In this document: positions 18,648-27,789 of the stretch, in pieces | How positions within the stretch are numbered: position 1 is the stretch's first letter | Layout: every line of letters starts with the position of its first letter | Source: Candidatus Nomurabacteria bacterium | GTDB lineage: Bacteria; Patescibacteriota; Minisyncoccia; Phycocordibacterales; UBA9973 | Assembly: GCA_023898605.1 (NCBI GenBank) | Contig: CP060230.1 | Coordinates: forward strand, 131,944-195,943 | Direction of reading: 5' to 3' | DNA: 64,000 nucleotides | Made by a program: the position numbers and the translations under genes | The notes under the pieces: model-generated | Databases searched by the model: none | Seen by the model: only the letters and a program-made list of their open reading frames with translations | Told to the model about the DNA's origin: nothing

Positions 18648-20546
18648 TTATTCTTTTACCTCCGCGTCCTTTATATTTTCATCATTTTCTTGATTGTTTT
18701 CACTTGAGCCTTCAGGCGAACCAGCTTCGCTGGTTTTAGCCTTCTTAGTCATGACTTCATGAATCTTCTGCATTTCTACTGTCAGTTCATCTGTTGCTTT
18801 TTTGATATCATCGTGTGATCCGTCTGGAAGTTCTTTGACTTTCTTTAGGTTTTCTACTTTTTCTTCGATAGATTTCTTTACATCTTCTGGAATGTCATTC
18901 CCTGCATCTTTTATAGCTTTCTCAGCTGCAAACACTGTCATGTCTGCTGTGTTTCTTACTTCTGCAGCTTCTCTTTTCTTGTCATCTTCTTCTTTGTGTA
19001 GTTCTGCATCTTTCTTCATCTTTTCTATTTCTGCATCTGTTAGTCCTGAAGAAGCTTCTATTCTTATAGATTGTTCTTTACCAGAAGTCTTGTCTTTTGC
19101 TTTTACATTCAATATACCGTTTGCATCTATATCGAAAGATACTTCGATTTGTGGTACGCCTCTCGGTGCTGGCGGTATACCTTCTAGAACAAATCTTCCT
19201 AGTGATTTGTTGTCGTTTGCCATAGGTCTTTCACCTTGAACTATATGTATTTCAGTCGAAGTCTGATTGTCGGCTGCGGTAGAAAAGACTTGAGACTTTT
19301 GTGCTGGTATTGTTGTGTTTCTTTCTATTATTTTTGTTGCAACTCCACCAAGTGTTTCTATACCAAGTGATAGAGGGATAACGTCTAGAAGTAGAACATC
19401 TTTGACATCTCCTTGCAATACTCCACCCTGAACTGCTGCACCAAGTGCCACAACTTCATCTGGATTGATAGATCTATTTGGCTCTTTTCCAAAAAGTTCT
19501 TTTACCTTTTCTTGGATAAGTGGCATTCTTGTTTGTCCTCCAACTAGAATTACTTCGTTTATATCACTTATAGAAAACGGAGATGCTTCTAGAGCTTTTT
19601 TGGTTATATCGATAGATTTCTCAACATATTTTCTTGCTAGAGTTTCTAGAGTTGCTCTAGAAAGTGTCATAACAAGGTGTTTTGGCCCGTCTTGATCAGA
19701 AGTAATAAATGGAATATTTATTTCTGCTTGTAGTGTAGAAGATAGTTCATGTTTTGCTTTCTCAGCAGCTTCATCTAGTCTTTGTAGTGCTAGCGGATCT
19801 TTTCTTAGATCTACACCATTTTCTTTTTGGAATTGTTCTGCAATCCAGTTTATGATTTCTTGGTCTATGTCACGCCCTCCCATGTGAGAGTCTCCGTCTG
19901 TAGATTTCACTTCGATAGTGTCTTCTGAAACTTCTAGAACAGAAACGTCAAATGTTCCACCTCCAAAGTCAAACACAACAACTTTTTCGTCTTTTTTCTT
20001 GTTGAATCCATAAGCAAGCGCTGCAGCTGTAGGTTCGTTGATGATTCTTTTTACATCAAGGCCTGCGATTTTTCCCGCGTCTTTTGTTGCTTTTCTTTGT
20101 GCATCGTCAAAGTATGCTGGTACTGTGATAACCGCTTCTGTTATTTTTTCTCCCAACTTTTCTTCTACGTCGACTTTGATTTTTGCCAAGATCATCGCAG
20201 AAACTTCTTCTGGGGTGTAGAGTTCCCCGTTCATTGTCACTTTTACCCCACCGTTTTCTGCCTTTTCTATCTTGTAAGGCACTATGTTCTTTTCTTTTTC
20301 AACTACAGTATCATCAAATCTGTGACCCATAAGTCTCTTGATACCGTATATTGTGTTTTGAGGGTTTGTAACCGACTGTCTTTTTGCGAGTAGTCCAACT
20401 ATTCTGTCACCTTTTTTGTTTATAGCTACAACTGACGGTGTTGTTCTACCGCCTTCTGTGTTTTCTATTATTTTTGGCTGTCCACCTTCTATGATTGCAA
20501 CAGCTGAGTTTGTAGTTCCTAAGTCTATTCCTATTATCTTGCTCAT
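18648..20546 (-). CDS. dnaK: Chaperone DnaK (Hsp70)
   Basis: [29 protein letters not shown] motifs; 632 aa. Confidence 0.97.
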   Translation of the reverse strand: MSKIIGIDLGTTNSAVAIIEGGQPKIIENTEGGRTTPSVVAINKKGDRIVGLLAKRQSVTNPQNTIYGIKRLMGHRFDDTVVEKEKNIVPYKIEKAENGGVKVTMNGELYTPEEVSAMILAKIKVDVEEKLGEKITEAVITVPAYFDDAQRKATKDAGKIAGLDVKRIINEPTAAALAYGFNKKKDEKVVVFDFGGGTFDVSVLEVSEDTIEVKSTDGDSHMGGRDIDQEIINWIAEQFQKENGVDLRKDPLALQRLDEAAEKAKHELSSTLQAEINIPFITSDQDGPKHLVMTLSRATLETLARKYVEKSIDITKKALEASPFSISDINEVILVGGQTRMPLIQEKVKELFGKEPNRSINPDEVVALGAAVQGGVLQGDVKDVLLLDVIPLSLGIETLGGVATKIIERNTTIPAQKSQVFSTAADNQTSTEIHIVQGERPMANDNKSLGRFVLEGIPPAPRGVPQIEVSFDIDANGILNVKAKDKTSGKEQSIRIEASSGLTDAEIEKMKKDAELHKEEDDKKREAAEVRNTADMTVFAAEKAIKDAGNDIPEDVKKSIEEKVENLKKVKELPDGSHDDIKKATDELTVEMQKIHEVMTKKAKTSEAGSPEGSSENNQENDENIKDAEVKE

Positions 20547-20574
20547 ATTTTCTTTGATTAATTAAACTTATAAA

Positions 20575-21123
20575 TTATTTCTTGTATTCATATACAGAAA
20601 CTTTTGCTGGTCTCAATATCTCATTTCCTCTCTTGTAACCTTTCTGTATTGTTTTTGATATTTTGTGATCGTCTTTTTCTTCTTTTGTTTCTTCGGTTTC
20701 TATTGCAACATGGATGTTTGGATCGAACTCTTTTCCTGTATCGTCGATTTCTTCCAACCCATAACCTTCCATAATACTTTTTATCTGGTTATAGATATAT
20801 TCGACTCCAACTCTCCAGTTTTGATCTACTTTTTCCCAAGCCAGTTTGTTCTTGAATGCCATTTCGAAACTATCTAGTGCCGGAAGGAAGTCTTCTAAAA
20901 TTCTAGATTTTATTATTTCTGTCGTTCTTCCTTTTCCGTCTTCGGACTCTCGTTTCAAATTGGCATATTCTGCTCGAGATCTTTGCCAACCATCTAGATA
21001 TTCTTGGCGCTCTTTTTTGGCTGTCTTTAGTTCCTCTTTTATTTTTTTGAGTTTGAGAGAATCGGTAGAACCTTCTTCTTCAAGCTCTATTTCTATGTCT
21101 TGATCTTCGTTTTTCTTTGTCAT
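20575..21123 (-). CDS. grpE: Nucleotide exchange factor GrpE
   Basis: Coiled-coil N-terminus, ...FDPNIHVAI...GYKRGNEILRPAKVSV C-terminal GrpE signature; lies upstream of dnaK. Confidence 0.9.
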   Translation of the reverse strand: MTKKNEDQDIEIELEEEGSTDSLKLKKIKEELKTAKKERQEYLDGWQRSRAEYANLKRESEDGKGRTTEIIKSRILEDFLPALDSFEMAFKNKLAWEKVDQNWRVGVEYIYNQIKSIMEGYGLEEIDDTGKEFDPNIHVAIETEETKEEKDDHKISKTIQKGYKRGNEILRPAKVSVYEYKK

Positions 21124-21184
21124 ACCAAATAAAAGCTTAATTTATAATTTACGGTGTTTATTTTACACAAACACACTACTTTTG

Positions 21185-21214
21185 ACAAGTTTTTTACGCT
21201 CGCAAAAAACTTGT
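21185..21214. promoter_or_regulatory. Palindromic operator candidate acaagtttttt-N8-aaaaaacttgt in the grpE / PaaX-like divergent promoter region
   Basis: 11-bp perfect inverted repeat with an 8-bp spacer, overlapping the TTGACA (21182-21187) of the regulator promoter and the predicted +1 region of the grpE promoter. Confidence 0.5.
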
Positions 21215-21219
21215 TTAAT

Positions 21220-21248
21220 ATTATATTTATATGATAATATTGTGTCAA
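21220..21248 (-). promoter_or_regulatory. Consensus sigma70-type promoter for the grpE-dnaK operon (TTGACA-17-TATAAT on minus strand)
   Basis: Reverse strand reads TTGACAcaatattatcatataaaTATAAT; perfect hexamers with a 17-nt spacer about 90 nt upstream of the grpE ATG. Confidence 0.55.
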
Positions 21249-21775
21249 TGGCCAAAGGACAGAAGATACAAGAGAAAATACTATCTCTTCTAAGCGGTAA
21301 AAACGCCGCCAAGCGAGACGATATACTAGATATGCTTAAAGAGTCTCAAGAAGAGGCTTACGCGCTTTCTAGGAGCCTAAAAAGCCTCAAAGAAAGTGGT
21401 TTAGTAGAAAGATATGACACAGAATATTCGTCTTTTTATAAAATCACTCCTTCTGGAAGAAACAAGCTTAGAAACATAAAACTTTCTTCAGAAAATAGCC
21501 TAGTCTCTACTTCTTGGGATGGGTTCTGGAGGATAGTTATGATAGATATTCCAGAAAGTAGGAAGAGTGAAAGAAACTCACTCCGATACCTCTTGAAGAA
21601 AGCTGGATTTGTAGCGCTCAAGAATTCTGTCTGGATTTCTCCCCTACCACTAGAACACCTGTTTATGAATATAAAAAAAGATATGGGTTTCGAAGATGAA
21701 ATGATAATAATCGTAACCCAATATCTAGATCCAACGTCCGAAGAAAAAGTTCTAAAAGAATTTATGATGGAATAA
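21248..21775 (+). CDS. PaaX-family-like transcriptional regulator
   Basis: N-terminal wHTH, then WDGFWRIVMIDIPESRKSERNSLRYLLKKAGFVALKNSVWISP, typical of PaaX/PaaX_C. Divergent from grpE; start taken at the internal Met of the 21182 ORF. Confidence 0.55.
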   Translation: MAKGQKIQEKILSLLSGKNAAKRDDILDMLKESQEEAYALSRSLKSLKESGLVERYDTEYSSFYKITPSGRNKLRNIKLSSENSLVSTSWDGFWRIVMIDIPESRKSERNSLRYLLKKAGFVALKNSVWISPLPLEHLFMNIKKDMGFEDEMIIIVTQYLDPTSEEKVLKEFMME

Positions 21776-21799
21776 AAAACTCCCCGATTGGGGAGTTTT
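21774..21799. terminator. Hairpin repeat copy A: aaaaaactccccgattggggagtttt
   Basis: 8-bp stem (aactcccc/ggggagtt) with A- and T-runs; bidirectional terminator between the regulator and the 21805..22389 gene. Identical 26-mer at 22454-22479. Confidence 0.7.
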
Positions 21800-21804
21800 G
21801 GAAA

Positions 21805-22389
21805 TTAGATTACTTTTATCTCTCGCATACCACTTCCGGCTCCAGGGCTGAAGGGAGGCTTTTCTTTAACCTCAATGCCTTTTAATGGAGAATGTCTGGC
21901 GCAGACATTGTAGCCATTGGTAAAAAGACTACTTGTCTTAGTGAGCATATAGTCATTGTCCATGAACTCACCTGTTTGGAACTTCCGAATTCCGGTCATG
22001 AGAAGATACTCCGTAAGATTTGCAAACAAGATATCTTCTGAAGGTGATTCGTAATTCCTCCCAATGTGTATGTCATCTGGAAACCAGTTACCTACAGAAA
22101 GTAGTCCGTACGGACCTTTTGGTCTTTTTTGTTCTTTTTCTTCGTCGATTTGATCAAACCTCCAGGGCAAAGAGCTCTTGACTCCCCACTTTTTTTCATA
22201 GAAAGCCAAAATTTCTTTAGGACTGAATTTTCTGGTATTGTAGCAAAAGCTACAAAAACCTTTTACTTCTGGTATGTCTTCAACCGGAATATTGATTTTC
22301 AGATTGAAGACTCCTCTGTAAAACTTTTCCACCATATCGATAGAATCGTAATATTTACAGACTTTCAAAGTAGTTTGTGCTTCGAACAT
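21805..22389 (-). CDS. Hypothetical protein (Cys-containing, CSFCYN motif)
   Basis: 194-aa ORF bracketed on both sides by the identical 26-nt hairpin; no family recognised. Confidence 0.5.
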   Translation of the reverse strand: MFEAQTTLKVCKYYDSIDMVEKFYRGVFNLKINIPVEDIPEVKGFCSFCYNTRKFSPKEILAFYEKKWGVKSSLPWRFDQIDEEKEQKRPKGPYGLLSVGNWFPDDIHIGRNYESPSEDILFANLTEYLLMTGIRKFQTGEFMDNDYMLTKTSSLFTNGYNVCARHSPLKGIEVKEKPPFSPGAGSGMREIKVI

Positions 22390-22453
22390 AGTTTTTTCTT
22401 TTTATGGTACAAATATAGCTATGATTTTTATAACATAAAACTAGTAATATATC

Positions 22454-22479
22454 AAAAAACTCCCCGATTGGGGAGTTTT
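22454..22479. terminator. Hairpin repeat copy B: aaaaaactccccgattggggagtttt
   Basis: Identical to copy A; serves as the rpsI terminator. Confidence 0.7.
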
Positions 22480-22484
22480 TCTTT

Positions 22485-22895
22485 TTATCTTTTTGACCAC
22501 TGTGCGCTCTTTCTCGCTTTCTTGAGACCGAATTTTCTTCTTTCTTTTGCACGAGCGTCTCTTTTTAGAAATCCTAGTTTCTTTAGAGGGCTTCTTAGAG
22601 TTTCGTTGTTTTCGCTTAGAGCTCTAGATATACCATGTCTTACAGCTTCTGCTTGTGAGTGTATACCTCCTCCTATAACTTTTACACTAACTCCTAGCTT
22701 ATCTAGTCCAGATTCCTTGATAGGACTTTCTACTATTTGTTGCAGTGATGCTGTTGGGAAGTATTCTGCTAGAGTTTTTCCGTTTATTGAAAATGCTGAA
22801 GCTGATCCAAAAGAGATTCTAACTCTTGCAGTAGATGTTTTTCTTCTCCCTATTTTTTCTACGTATTTCTTAGTCTTTTCCATAATATTATTCAA
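22485..22895 (-). CDS. rpsI: 30S ribosomal protein S9
   Basis: GRRKTSTARV...GGGIHSQAEAVRHGISRAL...C-terminal KKARKSAQWSKR. Confidence 0.9.
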   Translation of the reverse strand: MNNIMEKTKKYVEKIGRRKTSTARVRISFGSASAFSINGKTLAEYFPTASLQQIVESPIKESGLDKLGVSVKVIGGGIHSQAEAVRHGISRALSENNETLRSPLKKLGFLKRDARAKERRKFGLKKARKSAQWSKR

Positions 22896-23229
22896 CGATT
22901 AGATTCTTGATTATCTTGCTTCTAAGTTTATTTTTTGGAAGCATACCGTAAACTGCAGTTTTGAAGATCTCTTCGTAACCTTTGCTTTCGATAACTTTTG
23001 CCATCTTTGTTTCTTTCAAACCTCCTGGATAACCAGAGTATCTTTTGTATAGTTTGTTTTCTAGCTTTGCTTCATCGATCAAAACCTCTTTTGAGTTTAT
23101 GATTCTTACAGTTCTATCTGCGATTTCGTTCTTTACGAAGTCAGGAGTATTTTTTCCCATTAGAAAAGTAGCAGCTTCTGTAGCTATTCTTCCTAGTTTC
23201 TTGTTTTTTGCATCTATTGTGTGTTCCAT
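22888..23229 (-). CDS. rplM: 50S ribosomal protein L13
   Basis: LGRIATEAATFLMGKN...YKRYSGYPGG...VYGMLPKN pattern of uL13; directly upstream of rpsI. Confidence 0.85.
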   Translation of the reverse strand: MEHTIDAKNKKLGRIATEAATFLMGKNTPDFVKNEIADRTVRIINSKEVLIDEAKLENKLYKRYSGYPGGLKETKMAKVIESKGYEEIFKTAVYGMLPKNKLRSKIIKNLIVE

Positions 23230-23233
23230 ATAT

Positions 23234-23590
23234 CTAATCTACAAATTCTATTACAGCCATTTTGCTTCCATCACTTTTTCTTGGAGGAAGTTTTGTTATT
23301 CTTGTATATCCACCAGCTCTTTCTTGGTTCTTTGGTGCGATTTCTGTAAATAGCTTCTTTATAACTTCTTTGTCGTTTCCAACTCTTTCTGCTACTAGTC
23401 TTCTGTTGGCTACTGTATCTTTTTTGGAAATTGTTACTAGAGGCTCAACATGCTTTCTCAATTCTTTTGCTTTTGCTTCTGTAGTTCTGATCTTGTCTTT
23501 TAGTATTACAGAACGAACAAGAGAGCGAAGAAGTGATTTTCTCGGTCCTGCTTTTCTTCCAAATTTTCTATTTTTATCTCCGTGTTTCAT
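23234..23590 (-). CDS. rplQ: 50S ribosomal protein L17
   Basis: MKHGDKNRKFGRKAGPRKSLLRSL...TTEAKAKELRKHVEPLVT matches bL17; follows rpoA. Confidence 0.9.
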   Translation of the reverse strand: MKHGDKNRKFGRKAGPRKSLLRSLVRSVILKDKIRTTEAKAKELRKHVEPLVTISKKDTVANRRLVAERVGNDKEVIKKLFTEIAPKNQERAGGYTRITKLPPRKSDGSKMAVIEFVD

Positions 23591-23614
23591 AACAATTTCT
23601 GATTAAATGTACCT

Positions 23615-24580
23615 CTATTCTAGAGAAGCACCGTAACTTTTTAGCACATCTTTGATGTCTTGTACACCCTTGTCTCCTAGGCCTTCAACTTCTAGTAGAT
23701 CTGCTTCTTTTTTTCTTATAAGACCTCCTATTGTTCTGATTCCAGAGTTTGTAAGAGCGTTTATAACCCTTTGAGGGAGGTCTAGGCTCTCGACTCTAGT
23801 CTTCATAACATCTGTCATGTCTTCTTCTGATTCAGGAGTTTCTTCTTCTACATTTTTGTCTTCTTTTGCTTCTAGAATGCTTTGTACAGCACTATCAAAT
23901 CCGATTACAGCTTGTAGTTGTCTTATCATGATCTCGATAGATTTTTCTAGAACTTCTTTTGGACTTATAGATCCATCAGTTTCTATCTTGATTCTTAGTC
24001 TGTTGTAGTTTGTTTTGTCTCCGACACGCATGTCTTCAACTTCGTAGCTAGCTCTTCTTATAGGAGTAAATATAGCGTCTACTGCTATAGTTCCTATTTC
24101 TACTTTTTCTTTTTGTAGTTGATCTTTTGAAACAAAACCGATTCCTTTTTGTACTTTTATTTCTATATTCAAAACTTTACCTTTTTCTGTTATTTCACAG
24201 ATCTCTATTTCTGGGTTTAGTACTTCTACTTGACCTGTAGTTTCTATGTCTTTTGCAGTAACAGTTTTTGCACCTGTTGCTTTTAGAGTAACTACTTGTG
24301 GTTCATCTGTAAGAAGCTTGAATCTAACCTTTCTAAGAGCAAGTATAAGAGTAACAACGTCTTCTTTTACGCCGTCCATTGTAGAAAATTCGTGGTCAAC
24401 ACCATCGATTTTGATAGATGTTATAGAAGAACCAGTTAGAGAAGAAAGGATTATTCTTCTTAGTGAGTTACCAAGTGTGTGGCCGTATCCTGGATACAGG
24501 TTTTCAATTTCGAAAACACCACTTGTTTGGTCTTCTTTTATTATTTTTGGTTTTGTTGGTAGGATGATGGACTCTAGCAT
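23615..24580 (-). CDS. rpoA: DNA-directed RNA polymerase subunit alpha
   Basis: N-terminal dimerisation domain (GYGHTLGNSLRRILLSS) and C-terminal alphaCTD (LDLPQRVINALTNSGIRTIGGL). Confidence 0.95.
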   Translation of the reverse strand: MLESIILPTKPKIIKEDQTSGVFEIENLYPGYGHTLGNSLRRIILSSLTGSSITSIKIDGVDHEFSTMDGVKEDVVTLILALRKVRFKLLTDEPQVVTLKATGAKTVTAKDIETTGQVEVLNPEIEICEITEKGKVLNIEIKVQKGIGFVSKDQLQKEKVEIGTIAVDAIFTPIRRASYEVEDMRVGDKTNYNRLRIKIETDGSISPKEVLEKSIEIMIRQLQAVIGFDSAVQSILEAKEDKNVEEETPESEEDMTDVMKTRVESLDLPQRVINALTNSGIRTIGGLIRKKEADLLEVEGLGDKGVQDIKDVLKSYGASLE

Positions 24581-24628
24581 ATAGTTTTTTGTTTATAAAA
24601 ATGGTTAATAAAATTATTAATAAAAATT

Positions 24629-25228
24629 TTATCTGCTATAAAACTCAAACACAGCATTCCAGTCAAAGACATCGTCTACTGTAGTTGGGCTCGATACCAC
24701 TTTGCCCTCTCCTTTGGCTGCATCGAAGTTTAGCCAAGAAGGTGACATGTAATCTTTCAATTTTTTATCTAGTGTGTTGAATATCGGCTTTGCCTTACTT
24801 CCCTCTTTGATAGATATTACGTCTCCGCTTTTAACACTAAATGAAGGTATTGTTACTTTTCTTCCGTTTACAGAAATGTGACCGTGAGAAACCATTTGTC
24901 TTGCAAATCTTCTGCTGTTTGCTAGACCCATTCTGTATACAACGTTGTCTAGTCTAGATTCTAGTTCAAGAGAAAGCTTTTCGTGAGGAGTTTTTGAAGC
25001 AGTAGCTTTCTTAACATAATTACCAAATTGCTTCTCTGTTATACCGTAAGTAAATCTAATCTTTTGCTTTTCTTTTAGTTGTTGTCCGTAAATAGAAAGT
25101 TTAGCTGGTTTTTTTCTTGTACCTACACTTCTTCTTGATTCAGAAAGTGCAAATTTCTGTGTTTGACATTTGTCATACACAGCGTTTCCAAGTCTTTTAC
25201 AGATTTTGTATTTTTGTACTGGTTTCAT
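24629..25228 (-). CDS. rpsD: 30S ribosomal protein S4
   Basis: S4 domain ...[33 protein letters not shown]. Confidence 0.95.
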   Translation of the reverse strand: MKPVQKYKICKRLGNAVYDKCQTQKFALSESRRSVGTRKKPAKLSIYGQQLKEKQKIRFTYGITEKQFGNYVKKATASKTPHEKLSLELESRLDNVVYRMGLANSRRFARQMVSHGHISVNGRKVTIPSFSVKSGDVISIKEGSKAKPIFNTLDKKLKDYMSPSWLNFDAAKGEGKVVSSPTTVDDVFDWNAVFEFYSR

Positions 25229-25233
25229 AATGT

Positions 25234-25662
25234 TTATACTCTTCTAGCCTTCTTAGCTCTTACTCCATTGTGTGGTACAGGAGTCTCGTCCTTGATACCT
25301 GTTAGGTCAAAACCTTTTGCAAGAAAAGCTCTTGCTAGAGGTTCTCTACCTGAACCAACACCTCTTATAACTACATCTACGTCTTTTAGTCCTGCCATTT
25401 CTGCTTTTTCTGCTAGAGTTTCTCCAACCTTTGATGCTGCATAAGGAGTACCTTTTCTAGCGCCCTTAAATCCAAGTGATCCTGAAGAAGACCAAAAGAA
25501 AGAGTTACCGTTCTTGTCTGTAAGAACAGCTTTTGTGTTATTGAAAGTAGCCTCTATGTGTAGAGTTCCTGAAGTCAGCTTCTTTTTAGAAGGTGCAGTA
25601 TTTTTTGCTCCTGCCTTTGCGCTACTTCCTCCTTGTTTTTTTACAATTCTCTTTTTTCCCAT
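25234..25662 (-). CDS. rpsK: 30S ribosomal protein S11
   Basis: ...[17 protein letters not shown]...[14 protein letters not shown]... uS11 signature. Confidence 0.95.
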   Translation of the reverse strand: MGKKRIVKKQGGSSAKAGAKNTAPSKKKLTSGTLHIEATFNNTKAVLTDKNGNSFFWSSSGSLGFKGARKGTPYAASKVGETLAEKAEMAGLKDVDVVIRGVGSGREPLARAFLAKGFDLTGIKDETPVPHNGVRAKKARRV

Positions 25663-25680
25663 AATATATCTATCTTAGTA

Positions 25681-26061
25681 TTAAGTCTTCTCAACTTTTC
25701 TTCTACCACTACTCATAGTCTTTCTAACGTTTCCTCTTCTTGTTCTTGAGTTAGTCTTTGTTCTTTGTCCTCTTCCAGGAAGCGCTTTTTGGTGTCTTGT
25801 ACCTCTGTATGACTTGATATCTTTTAGTCTCTTGATGTTTGCAGAAATTTGTCTTTTTAGATTACCTTCTATGTTTAGCTCTTCTACTATTCTTCTTATT
25901 TCGTTTTCTTCTTTTTCAGAAAGTTCAGTAGGTTTTTTGTTTGGATCTACTTTTGCTTCTGAAAGAACTTTTTCGGCAGTTTTCATACCAACGCCATAAA
26001 GCGTAGTAAGGCCGTACGATAATTTCTTGTTATCTGGAATTGTTATACCTAATATTCTCAT
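25681..26061 (-). CDS. rpsM: 30S ribosomal protein S13
   Basis: MRILGITIPDNKKLSYGLTTLYGVG... uS13 N-terminus. Confidence 0.95.
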   Translation of the reverse strand: MRILGITIPDNKKLSYGLTTLYGVGMKTAEKVLSEAKVDPNKKPTELSEKEENEIRRIVEELNIEGNLKRQISANIKRLKDIKSYRGTRHQKALPGRGQRTKTNSRTRRGNVRKTMSSGRRKVEKT

Positions 26062-26066
26062 ATGTT

Positions 26067-26177
26067 TTATTGTTTCTGCTTATGTCTAGGGTTATCACAC
26101 AAAACTCTTAGTCTTCCTTTGCGTCGGACTATTTTACATTTGTTACATATTTTTTTTACTGCTGATTTTACTTTCAT
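26067..26177 (-). CDS. rpmJ: 50S ribosomal protein L36
   Basis: Not in the ORF track (36 aa). Minus-strand translation [36 protein letters not shown] matches bL36 and lies between infA and rpsM as expected. Confidence 0.85.
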   Translation of the reverse strand: MKVKSAVKKICNKCKIVRRKGRLRVLCDNPRHKQKQ

Positions 26178-26187
26178 AATTTTGTGT

Positions 26188-26406
26188 TTAACCTCTTCTA
26201 GTTATTCTTGCTTTTCCACCATACTCATCCAATAGCAATTCTACCCTGTCGCCGACAAGGACCTTGATCCTGTGTAGCCTCATTTTTCCGGATAGATACG
26301 CTATTATTTCTTGTTCGGTGTCACTTAGCCTAACCCGAAACATCGCATTTGGCAATGCTTCAGTAACGAAACCAGAAACGGTTTGATTTGAATCCTTTTT
26401 ATCCAT
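26188..26406 (-). CDS. infA: Translation initiation factor IF-1
   Basis: [72 protein letters not shown]; start taken at the internal Met of the longer listed ORF. Confidence 0.9.
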   Translation of the reverse strand: MDKKDSNQTVSGFVTEALPNAMFRVRLSDTEQEIIAYLSGKMRLHRIKVLVGDRVELLLDEYGGKARITRRG

Positions 26407-26456
26407 CAATGTATGTAGCGAGATTCTAGCAAAAACAGTAAAAAAGGTCAAGTGTT

Positions 26457-27767
26457 TTAAGGGATTTTTATCTCTATATCCACCTTTTCGCTCTTTTGAG
26501 GTATTTTCCTCTTCCAAAATGGGGTTATTTTGACATCTACTCCAGAGTTCTGATCTAGAGAAAGTATTGTATTTTCAGCCTCTTTTCGAGATTTGCCTAG
26601 AACATCTTTTCTTATTAGGAGTGTGTCCTGAACATAAACTATATTGGCAAGACCGCTTATTGTGAAGTATCCTTCGTTCTCTGCTACTTGCCAGGCTCCA
26701 GATTTTTCGGCCAATATCTCATAACTTATTACGTCTTCTGACGCTGTTATATTTTTGGCCAAAATTTTCTTGTCTACTATTGGGACACTTATGCTTCCCT
26801 CGATTGATATAGATTTTTTAGCAGAATCTGATTCGAAAGAAATGTCCTCTTTTTTGCTATAAGTAATAGTTTGTTTTTCATCGATTACTATATAGTCTTC
26901 TGGTATTTCACTAGACACTCTCCCTTCAAGTTTGCTTTTGAGTGAAGATACTAGTTCTTGATAAATTGCGTCCTCTTCTGCATCTGTCATGAAATACACT
27001 TCTCCACTGTATCCTCCAGTCATAGGAGTTTTGCTTCTAGCATAAAAATGATCATATTTATCACTACTTATAAGTCCTGGTAGTGTAAAATCCGTTAGTC
27101 CTATGTTGTAGTCCATTCCTTCCATTTCGGCAAAAACTTCAACTTCGATTGATCCTGGAACGGTTTCTCCGCTTACTGTTTTTTTACCGGGAACAGTTAT
27201 AGGGTCTTCTATCATGTAGATCTTTCCTTCTGGTGTTTCAAATCTTGTTGTTGCTATCAGTTTTTGTGGAGATGTTGAATAATCATTGTAAACAATTATA
27301 GTTCCACTTGCCTTTGCGTTTCTTTCTTCTTTGCTTTCATAACTAACTTCTTGTGACACTGAATCATCGACAACTATATAGTTTAGATATCCAGAATTGT
27401 CTTCTGAGTTACTGTTTATCCTAAAATCAGTCAAAGTAACCTCTTCTGTTTTTGGCGTTATGGTTATAGATGCTTTGCTTGGGCTCAGGAATAAAACAGC
27501 TCCTATTACTCCAAAGAACAAAATAAGCAAACTATAGTTTCTAGTCCTTCTTTTTCTGGTTTCTTCTTTTAGAGGTTTATATTTTGGTCTTTTTGTTTTG
27601 TATATTTCGTCTGATCTGTCTGCATTTACAAAAACCCTTCTCGTATCATGAGAAATTTCTTCTTCTACCATGTCTTCTATTGTTTCTCTGCCCATATCCT
27701 CTCTTTTTATTTCTGGTTGGGTTGGGTTTTCTTGGTTGTTAAAAACAATGTCTTCTATTTTCTTCAT
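26457..27767 (-). CDS. Hypothetical membrane-anchored protein (single TM after ~85-aa cytoplasmic N-terminus, large extracytoplasmic domain)
   Basis: 436 aa; hydrophobic segment NYSLLILFFGVIGAVLFL; no recognisable catalytic motif. Confidence 0.45.
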   Translation of the reverse strand: MKKIEDIVFNNQENPTQPEIKREDMGRETIEDMVEEEISHDTRRVFVNADRSDEIYKTKRPKYKPLKEETRKRRTRNYSLLILFFGVIGAVLFLSPSKASITITPKTEEVTLTDFRINSNSEDNSGYLNYIVVDDSVSQEVSYESKEERNAKASGTIIVYNDYSTSPQKLIATTRFETPEGKIYMIEDPITVPGKKTVSGETVPGSIEVEVFAEMEGMDYNIGLTDFTLPGLISSDKYDHFYARSKTPMTGGYSGEVYFMTDAEEDAIYQELVSSLKSKLEGRVSSEIPEDYIVIDEKQTITYSKKEDISFESDSAKKSISIEGSISVPIVDKKILAKNITASEDVISYEILAEKSGAWQVAENEGYFTISGLANIVYVQDTLLIRKDVLGKSRKEAENTILSLDQNSGVDVKITPFWKRKIPQKSEKVDIEIKIP

Positions 27768-27789
27768 AAAATCAAATGGGGTAACTTAC

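Noticed and set aside
17542-20393. Multiple plus-strand ORFs inside dnaJ and dnaK
   Set aside because: Antisense Ser/Phe-rich frames within well-supported chaperone genes.
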